This document shows positions 1-8,303 of a stretch of DNA of 64,000 bases, in pieces (within the stretch, counting starts at the first letter, position 1; each line of letters starts with the position of its first letter). The stretch is from an uncultured virus (IMG/VR IMGVR_UViG_3300017963_000244) (Duplodnaviria > Heunggongvirae > Uroviricota > Caudoviricetes), in the IMG/VR virus record IMGVR_UViG_3300017963_000244, positions 1 through 64,000 of that record; one strand, written 5' to 3'. Both the position numbers and the translations under genes were made by a program. The notes beneath the pieces were generated by a model, which saw only the letters and a program-made list of their open reading frames with translations, was not told where the DNA came from and made no database searches.

Positions 1-24
1 CTATCCGTCGGCGACCCGGCACGA

Positions 25-639
25 TTAGCCCGTGCGCGGGGTGTAGAACCTGCCGAACTCCGCGCCGAACCGTTCGTTCAGGATCTCGTAGACCTTCGGC
101 GTGCAGTACGTCTGCCAGGGTTCCTTGCCCTCGGTCTCGTTGTGGCGACCGAGCCGGAAGGTCGGGAGACCGAGGCGCCGCATCAGGGCATCCAGTTCGA
201 CCTGCAGCTTCTCGTACCGGAGGATGCTGTGGCAGTCGTCGACGTGGTAGTAGATGCGACCGTCTCGCACGTAGGGGTCGTCCTGGTAGGAACGCGCGAA
301 CCCCTCGAAGCCCCGTCCTTGGCCTCGACGGACGTAGCAGCTCACGAAGAAGTCGTACGGGTTGCGGACGACCGTGAAGACGTGCTCGTCGCCCCGGAAG
401 ACGCTCGCGGGCATCTCGCCGAGGTGAGGGCGTCGATGGTCGTAGATCTTGGCGCGCCGTCGCTGGATCTGCTCGATGCGGACGGCGCCGGGCTTCCCGT
501 GGACGTCCGCGAGACTCATGTGGTGGGGTCGCAGGTCCATCGCCTCGGGGAAGGCGTCCTGGAGCGCGAGCATCATGGAGCTCGAGGCCGTGTGTGGGTG
601 CGCCAGGAAGACGAACCTGCCGGGAAGGACGACGGCCAT
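25..639 (-). CDS. Sulfotransferase family (Sulfotransfer_2-like) protein
   Basis: FVFLAHPHTASSS resembles the HIPKT(A/G)G PAPS-binding motif; FTVVRNPYDFFVSCY and LRYEKL match the family pattern. Confidence 0.65.
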   Translation of the reverse strand: MAVVLPGRFVFLAHPHTASSSMMLALQDAFPEAMDLRPHHMSLADVHGKPGAVRIEQIQRRRAKIYDHRRPHLGEMPASVFRGDEHVFTVVRNPYDFFVSCYVRRGQGRGFEGFARSYQDDPYVRDGRIYYHVDDCHSILRYEKLQVELDALMRRLGLPTFRLGRHNETEGKEPWQTYCTPKVYEILNERFGAEFGRFYTPRTG

Positions 640-668
640 CGCACGGGCAGCCTACCGGCCCCGGCGCT

Positions 669-683
669 TGATTTTCCCCTTAT
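669..683 (+). promoter_or_regulatory. Promoter-like motif (TGAT-N8-TAT variant)
   Basis: Member of the recurring intergenic motif family. Confidence 0.5.
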
Positions 684-709
684 GGGCTCCCGTGGATGGG
701 ATACCTGCG

Positions 710-2155
710 ATGTCTGATCGCCGTCCACCTCTCGTCCCAGAACGCCGCCCTCCGGCTCCACTCGTTCGTGCGTTGATCGCGCGCGCCCGGGAGGACCCGG
801 CGTTTCGTGAATCTCTGCGCCGCGTGGTCAGGGCGAAGGAGAAGCCGACGTACGAGGCGTACGTCGAGCGCAAGCGCAGGGAGGGGAAGCCGGCCCTTGA
901 GCGCGAGCAGTGGGAACGCAAGGTCTTCGGCGTCCCGTCTTCGACGCCGACTTCGGAGCGTCCGGCTCAGCCAACATCGCCGGGCGTCTCCTGGAATCCG
1001 CGTCCCCTCTTCCCGGAGAGCGAGACGAGTCACCTTCCGCGGTGGGTCCTCCAGGAGAGCGACGATCCCGAGACCCTCTTCGAGGAGTCCAAGGAGGCTC
1101 ACGAGCAGATGGTCCACTGGCTGGACGAGGGGCGCGGCATCGACAGGACCATCGGTGCCAGGGTCGTGCGGCGCGACCAGGATCCACGCGCCGAGTTCGA
1201 CCTCGATACGCCGGGCCCCGTCGTCGTCATCGCGCCTCCGAAGAGCGAGGAGGCGGCGCGCGAGAAGGTCAAGACGCGGTACGGGGGCAGCTGGAGGGAG
1301 GGGGCAATCGACCTCATACGCGCCACCATCGCCGTCGACAGATACGACGACCTGCAGCAGGTGGTCGACGCGCTCCGCGAGAGCGGAATGGACCTCGCCT
1401 CGAGTCCGCGCGACAGGTTCGCCAAGCCGACCGACGTCGGTTACCGCGACATCGTCTTCAACGTGCGCATGCCGAACGGGCACATCGTGGAGATGCAGCT
1501 GAATCTCAAGGAGATTCTCAAGGCGAAGGAGGAGGCCCACCCCTACTACACGAAGGTGAAGAATCGTCAGAAACAGCGACACCGCGACGGCAAGGGGCCC
1601 GACGAGAAGGAGATCGAGGAGGCAGCTCGGCGTCAGAGGGGCCTCTACGAACGGGCCTGGAAGGTCGTGCAGCCTTCGGAGGAGATCGAGCCGTATCCGG
1701 GCATGCTGCCCAAGGAGCTGGAGGAGGCCGAGAAAATGGAGGAGGCCCCGAAGCCGGAGAAGGTCGAGGACGTTGTTTCCCTTTTCACGGCGCCCGACAA
1801 GGGAAAGAAGAGGAAGACGGCAGGGGACGGAGAGGGGCGACGCGCCGGGCGCGGGGTGCTGTACTTCGAGCTGGACGGCCTCCCCGTGAGGTGGGCACCC
1901 TTGAAATGGCCACAGTATCACGGCGCCGGAGGGCCCCAGGACGTGGACGACATGGGGGCCTTCGTCGAGCGTCGCACTCCGATCTCAGAGGAGGAGTTCG
2001 ACGAGATGGTGAGGGAGCGCAGGAGACTGCGAGCCCGGGCGACGACGCCGAAGAAGGGATCGCTTTCCGACCTGCTGCGGCGCCGCGCCGCGGAGGACCC
2101 GGCGTTTCGGAGAGGACTCCTGGACGCCCTGCGCGGACGGAACGAGGACTGCTGA
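710..2155 (+). CDS. Modular protein with RelA/SpoT-like nucleotidyltransferase (alarmone-synthetase-like) domain
   Basis: IDLIRATI...GYRDIVFNVRMPNGHIVEMQL...EAHPYY; start moved to ATG 710, downstream of the promoter-like motif. Confidence 0.7.
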   Translation: MSDRRPPLVPERRPPAPLVRALIARAREDPAFRESLRRVVRAKEKPTYEAYVERKRREGKPALEREQWERKVFGVPSSTPTSERPAQPTSPGVSWNPRPLFPESETSHLPRWVLQESDDPETLFEESKEAHEQMVHWLDEGRGIDRTIGARVVRRDQDPRAEFDLDTPGPVVVIAPPKSEEAAREKVKTRYGGSWREGAIDLIRATIAVDRYDDLQQVVDALRESGMDLASSPRDRFAKPTDVGYRDIVFNVRMPNGHIVEMQLNLKEILKAKEEAHPYYTKVKNRQKQRHRDGKGPDEKEIEEAARRQRGLYERAWKVVQPSEEIEPYPGMLPKELEEAEKMEEAPKPEKVEDVVSLFTAPDKGKKRKTAGDGEGRRAGRGVLYFELDGLPVRWAPLKWPQYHGAGGPQDVDDMGAFVERRTPISEEEFDEMVRERRRLRARATTPKKGSLSDLLRRRAAEDPAFRRGLLDALRGRNEDC

Positions 2156-2168
2156 CGGACGACGACCG

Positions 2169-5100
2169 ATGCAGGACTTCGACTGGCAGAGCTTCTTCGT
2201 GAACCTCGACGGGCCCGAGTCGGAGAACCCTCGCGTCGCGAAGTGGACCCTGTTCGACGCGCCCCCGAAGGAATCCGGAAAGCCGAAGGCTCCGGAGAAG
2301 CCGAAGGAGCCCAAGACCGAGCCCTCCAAGCAGCCGGAGAAGGCGAAGGAACCTCCGGCGTACACCCTGTTCGAGGCCCCTCCCGTCTCGCCACCCGAGC
2401 TCGCCAAGCCGAAACCTGAGAAGCCAGCCAAGTGGGATCAGTTCCTCGAGCTGTTCTACGAGGGAGGCAAGAAGAAGGTCCCGAACCCGAACCCGAAGAC
2501 GAAGAAGAAGTACCCCGAGGTCCAGGTCGACACGGCCCTGAAGGATCCCACCTTTCACGCGAAGGTGACGAAGGAGTACGAGGCGTGGCTCGCTCAGGGC
2601 GCCCAGGCGCCGAAGGAGCTCGAGAAGCCGAAGGAGAAGATCGAGCTGGGGGACAAGGTGTCCGTACCCTCCGAGGTCACGGTGGGAGAGTTCGTGCGGG
2701 GGAAGGACGACGGTGAGGAGTGGACCGCCGTGGTCACGTACGTCGGTCCCGAAGGCATCATGTTCCAGCGCGTCGATCCGAAGACCGGGAAGGCGGTAGG
2801 GGCCTCGGACGCCATCTCGAGCAAGCTGTTCGCCGATAAGGAGCTGAGGAAGGCCGAACCGGTCGACCTTGGCGGCAAGTTCAAGATCGGCGACGTCGTC
2901 AGGATGGGCCTCGGGGAGGAGGACATGCCGGTCGTGGCGCTCAAGCCGACCGAGCACGGCATCCAGGCGCTCTGCCGCGAGCCGGGCGGCCTCCTGTCAT
3001 GGGTTCACGAGAAGTATCTGAGGAAGTCTGAGGAGAAGAAGCCCGAGGAGAAGAAGCCCGAGGAGAAGAAGCCCGAGGAGAAGAAGCCCGAGAAGCCCAA
3101 GGGGAAGGCAGTCAGCAAGCCCGGCGACGTCGAGCGGTACGACGTGCTCCGCTGGATCTCCGACGAGCAGGAACGCTGGGGGGTCGTGAACGACAAGGGG
3201 CCGAACGGCGTCTGGGTCACGGAGTACGATCCCGAGACGGGAAAGGAGGTCGCCGAGGTCTGGTTCCCCGCCACCGGACTAGGAGGCTTGGGGACTGCCG
3301 GAGCGGAGAAGATCGACCCGAAAAAGGCCCCGAAGAGCGAGGGCGTCGTCGAGAAGATCAAGGAGAATTTTGGAGAGAAGGAGAAGAAGGAGAAGAAGGA
3401 GGAGCCCGAGGGCATGAAGGCCCTGACCGACGCCGAGAAGGACGAGATGTTCAAGGTCTTGGAGGAGTCGATCGACGCGTGGAACGGCTCGCCCTCGGAC
3501 TTCACGAACCTCAGGAAGGAGCTAGAGAAGCACTTCGGAGAGGCTGCCTCCGCGCTGTACCCGGACGCCCTCGAGCAGATCGAGGGGTACATGGAGGCGC
3601 AGCTCGAGGATGCCCAGGCGGAAAAGGACGAGCCGGCGATCGACCACTGGACGCATCTTCAGGATCAGGTCGGCAAGGAGATCGAGAAGGTACAGAAGGC
3701 CCTCGGGAAGGAGCGGAAGAAGAAGGAACCCGCAGAGAAGCCGAAGGGGATCGAGGCCCTGACGGAGGCCGAGAAGAAGGAGTTTCAAGAGAGCTGTGAA
3801 GCCCTGGCGGAAGACTGGGATGGACTGGAATTCGACTTCGAGTACTTGAAGAAGCGACTTGAGGAGGACCTCGGGGACAAGTTCACGCCCGAGGTCCACG
3901 TCGAGGCCCTTGAGAACGTCAGAAAGCGTCTAGTTCATAAGATAGACGAGGTCGATGAGGACGAAGCAGAATCTCTTGAGGATTACATCACGGGGCTGCG
4001 TGAGCGGATCGATGCCATCAAGAAGTCCATCCACGAGAAGCTGGAGATTCCCGAGGGCAAGGCGAAGGTTGGCGACGAGGTGCTGGATGCCTCGCAGCTC
4101 GAGGAGGGGGACTGGATCCAGTCCGAGACCGATCCCGGCGACTTCTGGACGGGCAAGGTCGTGGAGGTCGGTCCCGACTACATCATGGTGCAGGACTACG
4201 TCCACGACAAGATGACGCTCGCGGGCAAGCCCTGGAGGCTCGAGTCGCACGAGATCGCGAGCGAGCCGACCAAGAAGATCGAGCCGAAGAAGGTCAAGCA
4301 GAAGCTGCCGGGCAAGGAGGTCAAGTCTCTGAAGGGGCTCGAGGCCGGGGACGTCCTCAAGATGTACGACTACGACAAGGACGAGCTTCTGACCGGCCAG
4401 GTCACCGACGCGAAGGACGACGGTTGGCGCGTCAAGCTGGTGGATCCGAAGACGGGCAAGGTGCTGGGTTCGCGCTTCCTCGATCCCGAGACCTTTGCCG
4501 ACCGCTTCCAGGTACACAAGCTGCCCGCGTCCAAGATTCCGAAGAAGCTGAAGAAGCCGGAGAAGCAGGTCGGCGAGAAGATCGGAAACATCGGGGACGT
4601 CGCGGTCGGGGATCACCTGGTCCTCGCGCCGGTCGGCGACGAGGGCGAGAAGCTCCACGTACGGGTCCTCCACCTGCCCACGACGGCCATGCCCAGCCAC
4701 GTCGAGGTGCAGCAATACGACCCCACGACGGGAGAGAAAAAGAGCCACCCGTACCTGATCTCCAAGTACGTCTTCGACGAGGGGAGGGTGTCGCGGGGGA
4801 AGCCACCCGAGAAGGAACCTGAGAAGCCGGAGGGGAAGCTGAAGGTCGGCGACAAGGTGACGGGTCCCGACGACCTCGAGGCCGGAATGGTCCTCGAGTA
4901 CGGCGACAAGATCTACAAGATCATCAAGGAGGAGCCGTCGGGGCACTTCCGGATACGAGAGTTCAACCCGAAGACCGGGAAGTGGAAGACGAAGTCGAAG
5001 CTCCTTCACAGAGCGTGGGTCGAGCACCACATGCCGAAGCAGGGCTGGACCGTCACCGAGGATCCGACGAAGCTCGAGCAGCCCGAGAAGGCCAAGGAGC

Positions 5101-8100
5101 CCGAGAAGGCCAAGGAGCCCGAGAAGAAGCCCAAGGGGAAGACGAAGGCCGTCGACGCGGGCAAGTGGAAGCTCAAGACGGAGCACGTGCCCTTCGAAGA
5201 CATCAAGGCCGGAGACGTGGTCCACACCAAGGACTACGGGCCCCAGCGAGTCGTCGGAATCACCGGCACCGGCGTCCGGCTCGAGTCCGGGGTCGTCCTC
5301 ACGAAGTCCAAGCTCGAGAAGGGAAAGAAGGAGCACAAGGGGAAGTTCGTGATCTCCCGCGGCGACAAGCCGCAGAAGGAGACGCCCCCAGAGCCGCCCG
5401 AGAGGCCCGAGGGCAAGCCGGTCACGGCGCCCGACCAGGTCGAGACCGGCGACGTGATCGAGTACGAGCACAACGGAGTGACGTACCGCGGAGAGGTGGT
5501 GTCCTGGGACGAGCCCGGTCAGAAGTTCCGCGTCAGGGTCCTCTACCCGCCTCAGTACGTCGAGAAGTACGAGTCCTACGACGAGGAGACGGGCGAGAAG
5601 AAGTACAAGACGCCGTCCTTCGACCAGGCCAAGATCGACAAGAGGACGCCTCGGATCCTGACTAAGAACCAGATGGAGGCGTACGACGCGAAGGTCAAGG
5701 ACTACACCGCGCAGCTCAAGCAGATCGACAAGAAGTACGCGGAGGACGTGGCCGAGTACGAGGCCGCGATGGCCGGCAAGAAGGAGGTCACGACCGGCGA
5801 GCTCAAGCACGTCCACGTCCCCGAGACGTGGAACCGCGAGAGCACGATCGCGCGGGATGCCGACCGCTTCCTCGAGCAGTACAGGGCCATGATCTCGGAC
5901 GACGTGAAGAAGATCGTCCACGGCATGTCCGCCGAGCAGAAGTACTGGCACGGCACGTCCCCGATGTGGAAGGAGATGAGCCAGGGAGAGCGGAAGCTCG
6001 CGGCCGCGGGGCACCTGGCGGCGTCGCAGTTCAAGAAACTTTTGACGGACGAGGAGTGGGAGGCCTGGAGAGGCGCCATCTCGTCCTGGCAGGGTTCGAG
6101 TGGGGCCCACGCGGCCCACAAGCTCATGGGAGGACTGGAGACCCTCGGCGTCGAGGGCGGTCCGAAGTCGTTCGAGTCGGCCAACGTCCAGCACTATCGA
6201 GAGGAGGGACGCAAGAACGAGGCCCTGCACCGCGCGATAGCCAAGGCGATGGCCTACAGCCAGCTCGTGTACGACGCGCTCGGCCTCGACCATGTGACCG
6301 TCTATCGCGGCACCAAGACCAAACCTGTCAAGGACGCCGCGGCTGGCAAGAAGATCAAGACGACCACGGCCCGCGAGCTCGCCTCGTTCTCCATCGATCC
6401 GCAGGTCGCCTACAACTTCGGGAGCGCCTCCGCCGGCAAGCGCGTGGTCCGGTACCGCGTGCCCGTACACCGCCTGTTCGCGTCGCCGGTCACCTACGGT
6501 CCGCTGTCGTCGGCGCAGAGCCCCTACAGCGAGAACGAGTACCTCGTCATGGGTCAGGACGGAATGGTGGGGAAGGTCATGCCCAAGAGCAAGGGAGATT
6601 TCAATGCCCAGACGATGAGCCTCGACTTCGACCCGGAGACCGAGAAGCTCGCCGCGTGGCTGCCGGACGACGACGAGGTCCTCGAGATCGAGTTCTCCGA
6701 GTACGAGGAGGACTGGCTGAGGCCGCACGTCATCCGCGACTGGTGGCGCCCCCTCGAGCCGCCTGCCGTGAGGACGGCGGCTCGTCTCCTCGAGCTCGCG
6801 CGGCAGGACGTCGACTTCCGTCGGGCCGTGATCGGGGTCCTTGGACGGCCACGGAAGGCCCAGTACTCCCTGTTCGACGCGCCGCCGCAGACCCAGACAG
6901 AGTCCCAGGCGACGGCCGTGACGTTCGATCAGTGGTGGGCGAAGCGCTACGAGGGCGGCAAGAAGAAGATTCCTAACCCGAACCCGAAGACGAGGGACAA
7001 GTATCCGCAGATCCAGGCCGGCACGGCCATGAAGTATCCGGACTTCCGCAAGAAGGTGTTCGCGGAGTACCAGCAGGAGACCGGGCAGCAGCCCGCAGCA
7101 CCGGAGCCGAAGAAGCCGAGGGTCGAGGAGGGTACGCCCGGGGTCCCCGAGGGGATGGAGCTGCCAGAGGAGTCCGTGAAGGGGCTCGCCAAGGTCTTCA
7201 AGGACATGGAGCAGAACCTCGAGAGCGCCGAGGGGCTCCAGCACTACGTGGAGGCCGTGGCCGAGGTGCTACCCCCGGACATCTCGGCCGAGGACAAGGA
7301 GCGCGTCCACAGGGAACTGATGAGGGACCTCGCGGGGTCCTTCAAGGCGCAGGAGCAGGCGGCGACGGCCGAGGGGGACGAGGGCGCGGCCGCGATGTAC
7401 AAGGGCGTCGCGGACGGCATCGAGAAGCGCTTGACCGAGATGGCCGGGAAGCCGAAGAAGAAGCCGAAGCCGAAGAAGGAGCCCGAGAAGCCGAAGAAGG
7501 AGCCGAAGACAATCGACGTGGACTCCGGCGATTTCAAGCAGGTCGGGCCGCAGAGCGGCAGCAACCCTGGAGGCCTGTACGAGGCATCCGACGGCGCCCG
7601 CTACTACGTGAAGACCCCCCAGACGGAAGACCACGCCCGCAACGAGATCCTCACGGCCAAGCTCTACGAGCTCGGGAAGGGGTTCCGGACTCCCGACGTG
7701 GGCCCCGCCACCAGGAAGGGCAAGGTCAGCGTCTACAGCAGGATCATTCCCGACCTCGAACAGGACGAGCACGGGCTCAAGGAGGGCGACGTGCCGGGCG
7801 TCGGACGAGGCGTGGGCTTCGACGCGTGGCTCGCCAACTGGGATGTCGTGGGGCTCGAGTACGACAACCTGCTCCGGGACGAGGAGGGCGATGCCGTCCG
7901 CGTGGACACGGGCGGGGGGCTCCGCTACCGGGCCATGGGAAAGCCGAAGGGCAACGCGTTCGGCCCTGAGGTCACGGAGATGGACACGTTCATGGATCCG
8001 AAGCGTCGCTCGGGGTCTATCCTGAGCCGGGCCCCGTGGAAGGAGATCAGCGAGGGGATCGACCAGGTGCTCGCCATCCCCGAGGACAAGATCCGAGACC

Positions 8101-8303
8101 TCGTGGAGGAGTGGGGTCCGAAGGACGACGCGGAGCGCGAAAAGCTCCTGAAGACCCTCCTGGCGCGGCGGGAGTCCCTGGGAAGGTGGCGCGACGAGCA
8201 CGAGAAGAAGAAGAAGACGGCCCGCGAGCTCGTGCGCCTGGCGCTGATGCACGGAAAGTTCCGGGACGGGTTCCTCGGCGAGATGCGGAGGCTCGGGGCG
8301 TGA
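2169..8303 (+). CDS. 2044-aa modular protein: SH3/KOW-like repeats, ADP-ribosyltransferase domain, C-terminal kinase-like domain
   Basis: Repeated DP(K/E)TGK beta-modules; ART triad VYRG / ASFS / ENE; GSNPGG..YYVK..NE..DAWLANWD..DN..RVDTG kinase-like motifs. Confidence 0.7.
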   Translation: MQDFDWQSFFVNLDGPESENPRVAKWTLFDAPPKESGKPKAPEKPKEPKTEPSKQPEKAKEPPAYTLFEAPPVSPPELAKPKPEKPAKWDQFLELFYEGGKKKVPNPNPKTKKKYPEVQVDTALKDPTFHAKVTKEYEAWLAQGAQAPKELEKPKEKIELGDKVSVPSEVTVGEFVRGKDDGEEWTAVVTYVGPEGIMFQRVDPKTGKAVGASDAISSKLFADKELRKAEPVDLGGKFKIGDVVRMGLGEEDMPVVALKPTEHGIQALCREPGGLLSWVHEKYLRKSEEKKPEEKKPEEKKPEEKKPEKPKGKAVSKPGDVERYDVLRWISDEQERWGVVNDKGPNGVWVTEYDPETGKEVAEVWFPATGLGGLGTAGAEKIDPKKAPKSEGVVEKIKENFGEKEKKEKKEEPEGMKALTDAEKDEMFKVLEESIDAWNGSPSDFTNLRKELEKHFGEAASALYPDALEQIEGYMEAQLEDAQAEKDEPAIDHWTHLQDQVGKEIEKVQKALGKERKKKEPAEKPKGIEALTEAEKKEFQESCEALAEDWDGLEFDFEYLKKRLEEDLGDKFTPEVHVEALENVRKRLVHKIDEVDEDEAESLEDYITGLRERIDAIKKSIHEKLEIPEGKAKVGDEVLDASQLEEGDWIQSETDPGDFWTGKVVEVGPDYIMVQDYVHDKMTLAGKPWRLESHEIASEPTKKIEPKKVKQKLPGKEVKSLKGLEAGDVLKMYDYDKDELLTGQVTDAKDDGWRVKLVDPKTGKVLGSRFLDPETFADRFQVHKLPASKIPKKLKKPEKQVGEKIGNIGDVAVGDHLVLAPVGDEGEKLHVRVLHLPTTAMPSHVEVQQYDPTTGEKKSHPYLISKYVFDEGRVSRGKPPEKEPEKPEGKLKVGDKVTGPDDLEAGMVLEYGDKIYKIIKEEPSGHFRIREFNPKTGKWKTKSKLLHRAWVEHHMPKQGWTVTEDPTKLEQPEKAKEPEKAKEPEKKPKGKTKAVDAGKWKLKTEHVPFEDIKAGDVVHTKDYGPQRVVGITGTGVRLESGVVLTKSKLEKGKKEHKGKFVISRGDKPQKETPPEPPERPEGKPVTAPDQVETGDVIEYEHNGVTYRGEVVSWDEPGQKFRVRVLYPPQYVEKYESYDEETGEKKYKTPSFDQAKIDKRTPRILTKNQMEAYDAKVKDYTAQLKQIDKKYAEDVAEYEAAMAGKKEVTTGELKHVHVPETWNRESTIARDADRFLEQYRAMISDDVKKIVHGMSAEQKYWHGTSPMWKEMSQGERKLAAAGHLAASQFKKLLTDEEWEAWRGAISSWQGSSGAHAAHKLMGGLETLGVEGGPKSFESANVQHYREEGRKNEALHRAIAKAMAYSQLVYDALGLDHVTVYRGTKTKPVKDAAAGKKIKTTTARELASFSIDPQVAYNFGSASAGKRVVRYRVPVHRLFASPVTYGPLSSAQSPYSENEYLVMGQDGMVGKVMPKSKGDFNAQTMSLDFDPETEKLAAWLPDDDEVLEIEFSEYEEDWLRPHVIRDWWRPLEPPAVRTAARLLELARQDVDFRRAVIGVLGRPRKAQYSLFDAPPQTQTESQATAVTFDQWWAKRYEGGKKKIPNPNPKTRDKYPQIQAGTAMKYPDFRKKVFAEYQQETGQQPAAPEPKKPRVEEGTPGVPEGMELPEESVKGLAKVFKDMEQNLESAEGLQHYVEAVAEVLPPDISAEDKERVHRELMRDLAGSFKAQEQAATAEGDEGAAAMYKGVADGIEKRLTEMAGKPKKKPKPKKEPEKPKKEPKTIDVDSGDFKQVGPQSGSNPGGLYEASDGARYYVKTPQTEDHARNEILTAKLYELGKGFRTPDVGPATRKGKVSVYSRIIPDLEQDEHGLKEGDVPGVGRGVGFDAWLANWDVVGLEYDNLLRDEEGDAVRVDTGGGLRYRAMGKPKGNAFGPEVTEMDTFMDPKRRSGSILSRAPWKEISEGIDQVLAIPEDKIRDLVEEWGPKDDAEREKLLKTLLARRESLGRWRDEHEKKKKTARELVRLALMHGKFRDGFLGEMRRLGA
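3030..3089 (+). repeat. 4 x 15-bp tandem repeat GAGGAGAAGAAGCCC (EEKKP linker)
   Basis: Read directly from the sequence. Confidence 0.95.

Noticed and set aside
449..709. 5' extensions of ORF-track calls (449, 8036, 15969, 18947, 21038, 48228, 63179)
   Set aside because: They overlap upstream genes or promoter-like motifs; downstream starts have an RBS, translational coupling or paralog-matched N-termini.
3030..3089. Short direct repeats as a CRISPR array
   Set aside because: No spacers; in-frame coding repeats (EEKKP).
3930..7244. Very long minus-strand ORFs (also 53078..56896, 33091..35424, 27818..30085, 45206..47239)
   Set aside because: Antisense shadows of GC3-rich + strand genes; the L/V/R/G-biased translations have no recognisable motifs.
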